Shown: positions 1 to 9,668 of the stretch, in pieces
Numbering within the stretch: position 1 is the first letter of the stretch
Layout of the letters: the number at the start of each line of letters is the position of its first letter
Assembly: GCA_022826805.1 (NCBI GenBank)
Contig: JAJDUH010000044.1
Location: 92,862 to 156,861, forward strand
DNA length: 64,000 nt
Reading direction: 5' to 3'
DNA from: Candidatus Poribacteria bacterium
Lineage (GTDB): Bacteria; Poribacteria; WGA-4E; WGA-3G
Made by a program: the position numbers and the translations under genes
Notes under the pieces: model-generated
What the model saw: the letters and a program-made list of their open reading frames with translations, nothing else
Database searches by the model: none
Told to the model about the DNA's origin: nothing

Positions 1-131
1 GTTCAACAAGCAGAGGGACTCTTTGAAGCGGCACAGCTGGCAGTAACAGCAGCAAATTATGCGTAAAAATCAACGTTTCGACTGTGTAAGGTAAAACTTG
101 CAGAAAACTTAGGCTTGGGGAGAACCAACAC

Positions 132-1322
132 GTGGCAACACTTGAGTTAAAGGACATAGACGTTACAGGAAAACGTGTTCTCGTGCGGGTAGACTTTAAC
201 GTCCCTATGAAGGACGGAAAGATCACAGATGAAACCCGTATCACTGGTGCTTTGCCGACCCTTCTGGCACTCATCAACGCCGATGCTAAAATTATCTTGG
301 TGACACACTTAGGTAGACCCGAAGTGGGTTCAGCAGCCGATCAAGAGACCTTCACAACACAGCCGATTGCTATAGCACTTAGCCAAAAACTTGGTAAGCG
401 CGTCGAACACGTCAACGATTGTATCGGTGAGTCCGTACAGAGCGCTGTTGCTTCCATGCACAATGGTGAGGTGCTACTCCTTGAAAATGTCCGCTTCTAC
501 GCTGAAGAAACCGAAAACGATCCAAAATTTGCACAGGAACTTGCCTCGCTTGCCGATGTCTATGTTAATGATGCTTTCGGCACAGCGCACCGTGCACATG
601 CCTCAACGGAAGGTGTAACACATCATCTGAACCCGTGCGTCGCCGGATTCCTCATGTCACGTGAAATTTACTATCTCAGCACTACTCTTGAAGATCCTAA
701 ACGTCCTTACGTCGCTATTCTTGGTGGTGCGAAAATATCCGATAAAATTACACTGATTGAAAATCTACTGGGGAAAGTTGATAAACTCCTCATCGGTGGT
801 GGCATGGCATATACATTTTTGTCAGTGATAGGGCTTAGTATTGGCAACTCAATTGTCGAAACCGAAAAACTTGACATTGCCAAGTCTCTGGTCGACAGGG
901 AAGCATTCTCAGCGTCCACCCTACTACCTATAGACCACGTTGTTGGACGAGACTTTGATCCCGAAACCAAATCTCAGATTACTGACAAAGATACCATTCC
1001 TGACGGATGGCAGGGATTAGATATCGGTCCTGAAACGGTATCGGCGTTTGGAGAACAGATCGCAGCAGCGAAAACGGTGGTGTGGAACGGTCCTTTAGGT
1101 GTATATGAATTTGAGAAGTTTGCACAAGGCACAATTGCAGTAGCGAAACAGATCGCCGATTCGGAATCGGTGAGCATCATCGGCGGCGGCGACTGCGTCG
1201 CGGCGATACAGAAAGCCGGTGTTGCAGAGCGGATGACACATATTTCAACGGGTGGCGGTGCGTCCTTAGAATTTTTAGAAGGAAAATCTCTACCCGGTAT
1301 TGCCGCTTTGACGGACGTTTGA
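132..1322 (+). CDS. pgk: phosphoglycerate kinase
   Basis: The 396-aa ORF has a GTG start preceded by GGGGAG. The sequence is PGK-like over its full length (VLVRVDFNVPM..., GGGDC..STGGGASLE). Confidence 0.95.
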   Translation: MATLELKDIDVTGKRVLVRVDFNVPMKDGKITDETRITGALPTLLALINADAKIILVTHLGRPEVGSAADQETFTTQPIAIALSQKLGKRVEHVNDCIGESVQSAVASMHNGEVLLLENVRFYAEETENDPKFAQELASLADVYVNDAFGTAHRAHASTEGVTHHLNPCVAGFLMSREIYYLSTTLEDPKRPYVAILGGAKISDKITLIENLLGKVDKLLIGGGMAYTFLSVIGLSIGNSIVETEKLDIAKSLVDREAFSASTLLPIDHVVGRDFDPETKSQITDKDTIPDGWQGLDIGPETVSAFGEQIAAAKTVVWNGPLGVYEFEKFAQGTIAVAKQIADSESVSIIGGGDCVAAIQKAGVAERMTHISTGGGASLEFLEGKSLPGIAALTDV

Positions 1323-1345
1323 TTTAGAGTCGTAAAGGAAAAAAG

Positions 1346-2782
1346 ATGTTTGATAAAATAGTTCCCCGTAGTGAAGACTACGCAAAATGGTACACCCAAG
1401 TCATCCGTCAAGCGGAAATGGCAGATTACGCGCCCGTACGCGGATGCATGGTAGTGCGTCCTTATGGCTACGCGCTCTGGGAAAACGTCAAAGAACAACT
1501 GGATACCCGATTCAAAGAGACAGGACATCAAAACGCCGCTTTCCCACTCTTCATTCCTATGAGTTTCATTGAGAAGGAAGCCGAGCACGTCGAAGGCTTT
1601 AAACCGGAACTCGCTGTTGTTACCCACGGTGGCGGGAAAAAGTTAGAAGAGCCACTTGTGGTCCGCCCAACTTCCGAAACCATCATCGGCTACATGTATA
1701 GTCAATGGATCCAGTCTTACCGCGACCTACCGGTGCTTATTAATCAGTGGGCGAACGTAGTCCGATGGGAGTTACGTCCCCGCCTTTTCTTAAGAACGAT
1801 GGAATTCTTCTGGCAAGAAGGGCATACTGCGCACGCAACCCATGAAGAAGCAGAAGAAGAGACGCTGCGCATCCTTGATATCTACACCGACTTTGCAATC
1901 AACGAAGCCGCAATACCTGTTATCCCCGGTCGTAAGAGCGAAAGTGAAAAGTTCCCGGGGGCATTGACTTCTTACACGATTGAGGCAATGATGGGCGATA
2001 AACGCGCCTTACAAGCGGGGACATCACACGATCTCGGACAAAACTTCGCTAAAGCCTTTGATATCCGATACCTTGACGCGAACCAGAAACAACAACATTG
2101 TTGGACAACAAGTTGGGGCGTAAGCACTCGAATGATCGGTGCTATTATTATGACGCACGGAGATGACCAAGGATTGATTTTACCGCCGAGACTCGCGCCC
2201 ACACAACTCGTCATCGTCCCGATCGTCCCGAAAAACAGAGAAGACGACAAACAACCCGTTATGCAAGCCGTCGATGCGATCTGCGAAACACTGGGCAGTG
2301 TGCGTTACCACGTTGACGACAGACAGGATCAGTCACCGGGTAGGCGATTCAACGAATGGGAACTTAAAGGTGTTCCACTGCGCATAGAGATAGGTCCCCG
2401 GGACTTGCGTAACCAGCAGGTTGTCCTCGCACGACGCGATATACCCGGTAAGGAAGGTAAAACGTTTGTTCCGATCGCTAACGCTGCTGAGGCAGTAACG
2501 AAACTACTCGAAACAATTCAAGCGGATATGCTCAAACGGGCAACAGACTTCCGCGATGCGAATACTTTTGAACCTACTACCTACGAGGCATTCAAAGAGG
2601 TTATTGAAAACGGATTTGCACGCGCTTATTGGTGCGGTGACGCGGCATGCGAAGACAAAGCCAGAGAGGAAACACAGGCAACTATCCGATGCCTCCCAAT
2701 AGAACAATCCGATGGAGGTGGCGAATGCATTGTCTGTGGCAAACCCGCAGAAGACGTCACAATTTTCGCACGTGCGTACTAA
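1346..2782 (+). CDS. proS: prolyl-tRNA synthetase (archaeal/eukaryote-like class II type, C-terminal Tyr)
   Basis: The 478-aa ORF shows ProRS signatures (YAPVRGCMVVRPYGYALWE, FFWQEGHTAH). It ends in ...ARAY, as short-type ProRS does. Confidence 0.95.
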   Translation: MFDKIVPRSEDYAKWYTQVIRQAEMADYAPVRGCMVVRPYGYALWENVKEQLDTRFKETGHQNAAFPLFIPMSFIEKEAEHVEGFKPELAVVTHGGGKKLEEPLVVRPTSETIIGYMYSQWIQSYRDLPVLINQWANVVRWELRPRLFLRTMEFFWQEGHTAHATHEEAEEETLRILDIYTDFAINEAAIPVIPGRKSESEKFPGALTSYTIEAMMGDKRALQAGTSHDLGQNFAKAFDIRYLDANQKQQHCWTTSWGVSTRMIGAIIMTHGDDQGLILPPRLAPTQLVIVPIVPKNREDDKQPVMQAVDAICETLGSVRYHVDDRQDQSPGRRFNEWELKGVPLRIEIGPRDLRNQQVVLARRDIPGKEGKTFVPIANAAEAVTKLLETIQADMLKRATDFRDANTFEPTTYEAFKEVIENGFARAYWCGDAACEDKAREETQATIRCLPIEQSDGGGECIVCGKPAEDVTIFARAY

Positions 2783-2783
2783 G

Positions 2784-2896
2784 GCAATTGGTGATTAGTA
2801 ATTGGGGCGTTCGCCACGCTCACTTTTGGCGATTGGGTGTTGGCAACTTACCAACCGCCATTCGCCAATGACTAATAACTGAAAACTGAAGACTAA
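2784..2896 (+). repeat. L-family intergenic element, copy L1 (core GGGGCGTTCGCCACGCTCACTTTT flanked by imperfect inverted arms CAATTGGTGATTAGTAATTGG / CCAATGACTAATAAC)
   Basis: The core is shared with the copies at 36232, 37829, 46960(-), 51690(-) and 17110(-). The arms are self-complementary. Confidence 0.65.
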
Positions 2897-2902
2897 TAAA
2901 AT

Positions 2903-3775
2903 ATGAGTATACTTGTTAACAAAGATACGAAAGTGATTGTACAAGGCATCACAGGTCGTTCTGGACGTTTTCATACGGAGCAGTGCGCGGCTTACGGCAC
3001 CCAAATTGTCGCTGGTGCAGTCCCCGGTAGAGGTGGAGCTGATGTGAACGGCATTCCTGTATATGATACAGTAGCAGAAGGTGTTGCAGCAACAGGGGCA
3101 AATACATCAATGGTTTTCGTTCCCGCACGCTTCAACGCGGCGGACTCTATTATGGAAGCTGCCGAGGCAGGCGTCGAATTGATTGTCTGTATTTCCGAGC
3201 ATATACCTGTTCTTGACATGGTTAAAGCGAAGGCGTTTCTTCAAGGAAAATCGACTCGGTTAATCGGTCCAAACTGCCCTGGTGTTATCACACCCGGCGA
3301 ATGCAAAATTGGCGTGATGCCTGAGTTCGCCTATACTGCAGGCAACGTTGGCATCGTCTCGCGAAGCGGAACTTTAACTTACGAAGCTGCCTATCAGCTG
3401 AAACAACTCGGTATTGGTCAATCCACTTGTGTCGGCATCGGTGGTGACCCTGTGATTGGAACGAATTTTGTTGATGTTCTTAGACTGTTTGAAGCAGATG
3501 ATGACACACACGCTGTCGTTTTAATAGGGGAAATTGGTGGAACGGCTGAAGAGACAGCGGCGCAATTCGTGAAAAAGGAAATGACAAAACCTGTTGTCGG
3601 TTTTGTTGCCGGTCAGACTGCCCCACCCGGTAAACGAATGGGACACGCCGGTGCGATTATCTCCGGTGGGCAAGGCACTGCTGCGGATAAAATTCGAGCC
3701 CTCAAAGATGCAGAAATCATTGTGGCAGATAACCTCACGACTATTGGGAAAACCGTGGCAGAGGTCTTAGCTTAA
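2903..3775 (+). CDS. sucD: succinyl-CoA ligase (ADP-forming) alpha subunit
   Basis: The 290-aa ORF shows the typical SucD N-terminus ([15 protein letters not shown]) and the MGHAGAII phosphohistidine loop. No sucC is present in this window. Confidence 0.95.
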   Translation: MSILVNKDTKVIVQGITGRSGRFHTEQCAAYGTQIVAGAVPGRGGADVNGIPVYDTVAEGVAATGANTSMVFVPARFNAADSIMEAAEAGVELIVCISEHIPVLDMVKAKAFLQGKSTRLIGPNCPGVITPGECKIGVMPEFAYTAGNVGIVSRSGTLTYEAAYQLKQLGIGQSTCVGIGGDPVIGTNFVDVLRLFEADDDTHAVVLIGEIGGTAEETAAQFVKKEMTKPVVGFVAGQTAPPGKRMGHAGAIISGGQGTAADKIRALKDAEIIVADNLTTIGKTVAEVLA

Positions 3776-3788
3776 AACGATTTCTCGG

Positions 3789-4649
3789 TTGGGATTACGC
3801 GCGGAGGCAAGCGGAAAAGTGAAGAAAGACATCACTTACCTGCACACCAAAAAACGAGAGCAGCAACCGATCACCGTGTTAACCTGCTACGATTACCCGA
3901 CTGCCTGTTTGCAAAACGAGGCAGGAATCGACATTGTCTTTGTCGGGGATAGTGTCGGTACCAATGTGCTCGGCTACAAAAGCGAGGTAGAGGTAACAAT
4001 GGCAGATATGCGACACCATCTTCAAGCGGTGCGTCGCGGTGTGACAGATGCTTATCTTCTCGTCGATATGCCTTACGCTGCTGACCGAGATGTGAAGCAA
4101 GCCGTTACCAATGCCAATCTTTTTTTGGATGATGGGGCTGACGGTGTCAAATTGGAAGGTGGTATTGAAAAGGTTCCGATCGTTACTGCCCTCACCAAAG
4201 CAGGGGTAGAGATCTGCGCCCATATCGGACATAATCCGCAAATCCATGGCACTAAAGCGGCGACACACGGAAAAACATTTGCGAAAGCGAAGCGACTCAT
4301 CGAATCAGCAGTAGCACTCACAGATGCCGGTGCGAAACTCATTGTCCTCGAAAAAATCACCGAAGAGGTCAGCCAAATCATAACGGATACCCTTAATATC
4401 CCTACCATCGGTATTGGGGCGGGACGGTTCTGCGACGGACAAGTCCTCGTTATCAACGATATATTAGGGATAGGTCCTCCCTTCAAACACGCTAAACGCT
4501 ACCAAAATTACAACCATTTGACTTTTGAGGCAATCTGTAAGTATCGGGAAGAGGTAGCAAACGGCACATTCCCTACAGACGCGAATGTCTCACACATCCC
4601 GCCAGATAAACTCGTGCGAGTGCAGAAGTGGTTGGGATCAGAACGTTAA
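3789..4649 (+). CDS. panB: 3-methyl-2-oxobutanoate hydroxymethyltransferase
   Basis: The sequence is PanB-like (ITVLTCYDYPTA..., FVGDSVGTNVLGY). The track gives a TTG start. An in-frame GTG at 3819 with GGAGG 11 nt upstream is a plausible alternative start. Confidence 0.9.
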   Translation: MGLRAEASGKVKKDITYLHTKKREQQPITVLTCYDYPTACLQNEAGIDIVFVGDSVGTNVLGYKSEVEVTMADMRHHLQAVRRGVTDAYLLVDMPYAADRDVKQAVTNANLFLDDGADGVKLEGGIEKVPIVTALTKAGVEICAHIGHNPQIHGTKAATHGKTFAKAKRLIESAVALTDAGAKLIVLEKITEEVSQIITDTLNIPTIGIGAGRFCDGQVLVINDILGIGPPFKHAKRYQNYNHLTFEAICKYREEVANGTFPTDANVSHIPPDKLVRVQKWLGSER

Positions 4650-4891
4650 GGTGTTCCACATCTCACATCCGCTTTCGTAGTATAAATTGTCAGTCTGTGC
4701 CACCATCGCACAAACCCTTAGTAAACCGGGGTTCCGAATCGTTGACGATTTGTCTTTATTTTCTCCAAGTGCCTGGGGCTGTGAAACGCGTAGAAAAATC
4801 CCTTGATCTTTGAAAATTCAACCGAAAGGTGATACGAATCGTCCAAACTTTAGTTACTTCTTAGACCCAACTCACGTTAGTATAGTTGCCT

Positions 4892-7800
4892 TTATTTCTG
4901 TATGATCATCTTCCGTGTAGCCGTGAAGTCGTCTGCGGTGAGGGTGTAAAAATAGATACCACTCGCAACAGACTCACCAACTTCATTCTTTCCATCCCAA
5001 TAGACGGCACGACTCCGATGTTGATAGATACCCGCGGGTTGATGTCCTACCTCTAACGTCCGCACTAACACACCCCTCGCCGTGTAGACACGCACCGTCA
5101 CATCCGCAGATTTCGAAAGTTGATACGGTATCCACGTCTCCGGGTTGAACGGATTCGGGTAGTTGTGGAACATGATTGTCTTTTTAGGGACAAACAACGC
5201 CAGCAACTGCTCCAGTTTTGCGATACCACTCCGGAAGGTCGGGGACCCATCATCCGCAGCACGCAAGAGGTCTAAGGCATCTTGAACCGCTTTAAACGTG
5301 ACGGCTGAGGGTAACGTAAACGTCGCAGGGGCTGCGGGTTGATTTTTTTCACCGAGATGCTCGGCGACAAGTGCGACGTCCTTCGCATCTACGACACCAT
5401 CTCCATTGACATCAGAGCGTGGGTTCACTGGGGTTTTTCTATCCCTATCCGATAGCACGATGAGGAGGTCTGTGGCATCGGTTTCTCCATCTTCGTTGAC
5501 ATCCCAAGCAGGAACAGTCGGGGCAGCGTTATCAATCGTGACGGTACCGGGTGGAATAACAGTGTATTCCGTGCCGGGGGCGAACCCGAAGAACCCGCTC
5601 CAACCTCCGCTCCTTTCGTAGACAGCGACTAACAGTGTATTATACCCCTGTTTCAGACTGACCAGGAACCTATCCTGAAAATCACCGGCTCCTCGATTCA
5701 CAGGATTGTTATGAACCAATTCTCCGTTAAGCCAGATCTTAACAGCGTCGTCACTGCCGACCATCATGGTCACTTGTTGATTTTTCGGTGATTCTATGGT
5801 GAGGGCACCGTAAGCCACGTGATCGTCTATATTACCAAATCCCAAGCCGGTGTCGTTTGCCATGTCATTGAGGTTGTCGCTGCCGGTCGCCGATAACTCA
5901 CCGGCTTTCCAGACTTTATCGCCGACGGGGTTTCCTTCGGTGGTACCGTTGGTAGCGACTTTCAGTTCCGTTACTTTTCCGTTACTGGCGACTGATAGGA
6001 AATCCACACCGGAACGCGCTGCCGCCGCGCCGCCGCTATCACCTGTTGACACGATCATCCACAACCAGGGACCTGTTATTTTGAGTCCGAGTCTGCTTGG
6101 CACGCCGGGACCAGGATTCCCTTCTGTCCGAATCGTGGTTTGGAACGGTAGTTGGTCTAAAGGCGAAAAGTCGGTTATCGCGTTGTTCCGCAAGTCGAGA
6201 CGTTCCAAGTTTCTGAGGCCTGTGAGGGGTGAGACATCTGAGATAACGTTGTTTTCAAGGTATAATACTTCCAGATTTTTTAATTCTGTGAGGGGCGAGA
6301 CATCTGAGATGACGTTCGCATCCAGATTCAACGTTCTCAAATTTTTCAGAGAACGCAACGCCGAAATATCTGATATTGTGTTATTCACCAATTCCAGCCA
6401 CTCCAGTTGTGTGAATTCCTTCAAGGGAGAGAGGTCCCTGATACTACAGTTATTGAGTTCAAGCCGCCGCAGCCGCTTGATCCCCTTTAGGGACGGAATA
6501 GTCGTTACAGAAGCATCGTTCCCGAATTCTATCCACTCCAACTTCGGTAATTGTGTCAAGGACGAGAAATCCGTGATAGGTGTATTCCAAGCATCTATCC
6601 GTTCCAGACTGGTGAGACTGGCGAGGGATGACACATCGGTGACGAGGTTTTCCGAAATGCCGATCCCCTCCAATTTTACCAATCCCTTCAATGGCGACAA
6701 ATCCGTGATGACGTTCTCTTCAAGCCCCAACCAGTCCACACTGAGCAGGTTTGCGAGGGGTGAGACATCCGAGATGACGTTATCCCGCAACTTGATGTTA
6801 TTCAGTCTGATCAATCCTTGCAGCGGGGTCACGTCAGAGATAGCGTTACGGCGGAGTTCTATCCGCTCCAGGTTCGTCGCATACTCTAATCCGATTAGGT
6901 CTTGGATGCCTCTGCCATCGGCACGGAGTTGTCTCAATTGTTTCATATCTTCATCCGTAATCGGGGCATTCGCGGCTTTACCGAGTGTTTGCGCAATCGC
7001 CGCGCGGAGGTTCGTATCTGGAATATAAACGGTGCCACCCAGTAAGGGTTGGGTTACTGGATTGACGGCAATAACCGGTGCCGGTACATCTGGTGAATGC
7101 AACGCTAAAACTACATCCGAAAATTGTGAGGTCCACACGTCCCGTTTCACGTTCCCACCATTGACGAGACCCGTTAAACCGAGCCCCTGTAAACTCAACT
7201 TCTTACCGATCTCTGAAAGAAACGCCCCTGTTTCTAAACCGATCGATGCAGCGGCGTATGCAGCGTCTACAGGTCCCTGATAAGTTTCATAGAAACGATG
7301 CACAGGTTCAATGCCTCCAAACACGCCACCTGTTTTTTCTAAAGAGGCCTCGTAACGTTTCGTATCTTCATCCAAAAGACGATCCATCGTGGGTTTATCC
7401 ACATAGAGACGTAAGGTGTGTGCTTTATCAAAACTCGGATTGCGCGTCTGTTCAATAACGCCTCGTACTGCATCTTCAAACCGTTTCATCCCTTCCGTGT
7501 GGCAACCGATACACGATAAACCGTTGTGGACAGCCGGATCACTCGCCGCCGGGTTGGACACGATGTTTGTCGGTGCAACATCTATCCGATTTCCAGCACC
7601 GTCTGAGATATAGTACGCCTGTAAACCGTTGGGAAGGTTGAACACCACTTCACCGCCATCCTGTTGGAAAGACAGTGGGTGCGTGAAAATGTTCTGCGTC
7701 CCAACGCTCCCCGCAAAGTCGTAACTCTTCCAGTAGGCACCATACCGAGACGTGTGTCGTTCTACAACGCGGTTATGATTAGAAACTCCCGAATCGTTGA

Positions 7801-8737
7801 AACCCGCGCGCCAGACGCGACGCCCCGGCGCATTCTGGAGATTCCGCAAAACGTCCACCTCAAGGGCCCGTTCTAATTCACGATCCGTCTGTGGTAGGTC
7901 AAGGATGTCATGATAGAGCGGCGGAAGAACAGCTGTCGCTAAGAACCAATCGACATAAACGTAAGGCACTTCGCAGTTCATCTCCTGACGCAGCTTTGTG
8001 AGTCTCGTAAACAAAACAGGGCGCTTTGTGGCATCAAACTTAATCGCGTAGGGATAAAGGGCTTCAATCTGTGTCCACGCGTCACGGATATCCCACTCAT
8101 AATCGCGCAAGTCGATGTAGAAGATCGTTTCGGCAGCATCAATCGGTTGCGGATTGATAATCTCAAATCCCCACGAGAGACTATTGACGAGTTTTGCGAG
8201 TGCGATTTTGTACGCATTGAGGGCTTCAAGCGTTTCGCCCGCGTTATAGAGATGCGTCATCGTGAAATACCGCGCGAAGGGACGGTCAAACACATCAAGC
8301 GTTGCCAAATGCCTCTGAATGGCAGTAAGCATCGCACCGGTTGTAATGAAGGTGATATCGTGTTGGACCTCCCAACTGGGCGCGCCTGCTTGAATCCATT
8401 TCCTAATGGTGCTAATTGCTGCAGCGGAAAGTTGAGGTTGTCCGAGGGGCATCCGTTTGATGAAGTCATTTTCAAGGAGCCGCGTGTAGAGCTCAGAGGT
8501 ACTGGGGCTACCTGGAACAACGGCACCCGTATTCACCAAACCGGTTGCCGACTCAATGACGAGATTTTCGGTAAAAGAGCCGTGGGTGCCGTGGCAGTTG
8601 AGACAGTTTTGTTGCAGGATAAGATACGCTTCTTGTGCAAGATCCTGTTGTGCAAATGCCGTTGTCCACGCTATGAGAATAAGTACTAACAGCGTTAGTG
8701 TATAAAGCATAGGGTTGGTTTCTCTTTGTGTTTTCAC
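4892..8737 (-). CDS. 1281-aa secreted multidomain surface protein (PSCyt-type cytochrome c domain, second CXXCH, about 13 LRRs, beta-sandwich domain, dockerin-like repeats, T9SS/FlgD-like C-terminal domain)
   Basis: A signal peptide is present. The N-terminus has CLNCHG followed by ..MPLG...IRKWIQAGAP, and a second heme motif is CIGCHTEG. Regular 22-aa LxxLxLxxNxIxDxSPL repeats follow, then DVNEDGETDATDLL and DVNGDGVVDAKDV. The C-terminus reads NYPNPFNPETWIPY...GIYFYTL. Confidence 0.85.
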   Translation of the reverse strand: MKTQRETNPMLYTLTLLVLILIAWTTAFAQQDLAQEAYLILQQNCLNCHGTHGSFTENLVIESATGLVNTGAVVPGSPSTSELYTRLLENDFIKRMPLGQPQLSAAAISTIRKWIQAGAPSWEVQHDITFITTGAMLTAIQRHLATLDVFDRPFARYFTMTHLYNAGETLEALNAYKIALAKLVNSLSWGFEIINPQPIDAAETIFYIDLRDYEWDIRDAWTQIEALYPYAIKFDATKRPVLFTRLTKLRQEMNCEVPYVYVDWFLATAVLPPLYHDILDLPQTDRELERALEVDVLRNLQNAPGRRVWRAGFNDSGVSNHNRVVERHTSRYGAYWKSYDFAGSVGTQNIFTHPLSFQQDGGEVVFNLPNGLQAYYISDGAGNRIDVAPTNIVSNPAASDPAVHNGLSCIGCHTEGMKRFEDAVRGVIEQTRNPSFDKAHTLRLYVDKPTMDRLLDEDTKRYEASLEKTGGVFGGIEPVHRFYETYQGPVDAAYAAASIGLETGAFLSEIGKKLSLQGLGLTGLVNGGNVKRDVWTSQFSDVVLALHSPDVPAPVIAVNPVTQPLLGGTVYIPDTNLRAAIAQTLGKAANAPITDEDMKQLRQLRADGRGIQDLIGLEYATNLERIELRRNAISDVTPLQGLIRLNNIKLRDNVISDVSPLANLLSVDWLGLEENVITDLSPLKGLVKLEGIGISENLVTDVSSLASLTSLERIDAWNTPITDFSSLTQLPKLEWIEFGNDASVTTIPSLKGIKRLRRLELNNCSIRDLSPLKEFTQLEWLELVNNTISDISALRSLKNLRTLNLDANVISDVSPLTELKNLEVLYLENNVISDVSPLTGLRNLERLDLRNNAITDFSPLDQLPFQTTIRTEGNPGPGVPSRLGLKITGPWLWMIVSTGDSGGAAAARSGVDFLSVASNGKVTELKVATNGTTEGNPVGDKVWKAGELSATGSDNLNDMANDTGLGFGNIDDHVAYGALTIESPKNQQVTMMVGSDDAVKIWLNGELVHNNPVNRGAGDFQDRFLVSLKQGYNTLLVAVYERSGGWSGFFGFAPGTEYTVIPPGTVTIDNAAPTVPAWDVNEDGETDATDLLIVLSDRDRKTPVNPRSDVNGDGVVDAKDVALVAEHLGEKNQPAAPATFTLPSAVTFKAVQDALDLLRAADDGSPTFRSGIAKLEQLLALFVPKKTIMFHNYPNPFNPETWIPYQLSKSADVTVRVYTARGVLVRTLEVGHQPAGIYQHRSRAVYWDGKNEVGESVASGIYFYTLTADDFTATRKMIIQK

Positions 8738-8777
8738 GAATGTTCTCCTTAAATAGCTCTGCCCAAAATTGTGGACA

Positions 8778-9650
8778 CTACTCCTTGATCTCAGTTACGA
8801 ATGTAATGATACCCGGTCGTGACCAGTTACGTGCCTTATCCGACCATGAAATCTCTATTGTATAGACAGTGCTATCTTTCAAAGGAAGCCCCTCGTCAAG
8901 CGCGAGAAATATTACCTTTTTATCTTGTATGAAGTGGGTCCATTCCATATCAACTTTTCTACTATCGTCAATGAGTTTCAGAATTACAGCGTCTATTTCC
9001 TCATCAAAAGTGAAAACAAAGCGATCAATGTCTGAGTTAACACCTATATCACCATGACTTATAGTAGAAGCAATTAAACGAGGTGATTGATTATCTTGAG
9101 GACCTGCTCCCTCTGCTGAAGTTATAAACGTGATGAGGACCACTCTGGCGTTCTGGTGTTCATCTTCAACTGTGCCAGTTATCGAATACGGGCTTTCCAC
9201 TTCTAAACCCTGCCCATCAAGCTTAGTCAGAAGTACTTCTTTCCCCTTAATAAATAGCGTCCATTTCAAGTTTACATTGTCTTTGTTGACAATCTTCAAG
9301 TCGGATTTACTGATTTTTTCATCAAAATTGAGCGTAATGTCCTCTAAATCAACATCGACATCAACCGCTCCAAAAGGTATACTGCTCTTCAAAAGTTTCG
9401 GAGCTACTAAGTCCCGAGCGCCACCATGAGGTGGCACGGGTTCTGGTTCAGGTCCCTCGACAATCGGCTCTGGTTCTGGAATCGGTTGTAGTTCTGGAAC
9501 GCGAACAGGCTCTGGTGGTTGTGGTTGGGTTTCAGTTTCTATTATCACGGGTGGTGTCGCGAAGATAGATTCTGATCCATCATTACTGCTATCTGTTGAA
9601 CAACCAACGATGCAAAGTATCAGTAAAAATATGAGTGAAAATTTCATCAA
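8778..9650 (-). CDS. lipoprotein with Pro/Glu-rich linker and two Ig-like (SbsA/Big_5-type) domains
   Basis: A lipobox is present (LILCIVGCSTD). Two internally similar domains of about 95 aa end in ITFIT and ITFVT. Confidence 0.75.
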   Translation of the reverse strand: MMKFSLIFLLILCIVGCSTDSSNDGSESIFATPPVIIETETQPQPPEPVRVPELQPIPEPEPIVEGPEPEPVPPHGGARDLVAPKLLKSSIPFGAVDVDVDLEDITLNFDEKISKSDLKIVNKDNVNLKWTLFIKGKEVLLTKLDGQGLEVESPYSITGTVEDEHQNARVVLITFITSAEGAGPQDNQSPRLIASTISHGDIGVNSDIDRFVFTFDEEIDAVILKLIDDSRKVDMEWTHFIQDKKVIFLALDEGLPLKDSTVYTIEISWSDKARNWSRPGIITFVTEIKE

Positions 9651-9668
9651 ATTTTGTCTCCTCTAATA

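Noticed and set aside
1-66. A possible 3' end of an upstream gene (...AAQLAVTAANYA stop) precedes pgk.
   Set aside because: Only 21 codons are visible, and they do not resemble the GAPDH C-terminus expected upstream of pgk. That is too little to call.
2903-3775. I considered whether sucD without an adjacent sucC might be a pseudogene or a misassembly.
   Set aside because: The ORF is full length with intact motifs. A separate sucC location is unusual but not evidence of decay, and an L element occupies the upstream spacer.
5850-7028. A 392-aa plus-strand ORF lies opposite the LRR region of the 1281-aa gene.
   Set aside because: It is antisense to a gene with clear domain content. Its translation is low-complexity and Ser/Arg-rich with no motif, which is typical of a shadow ORF.
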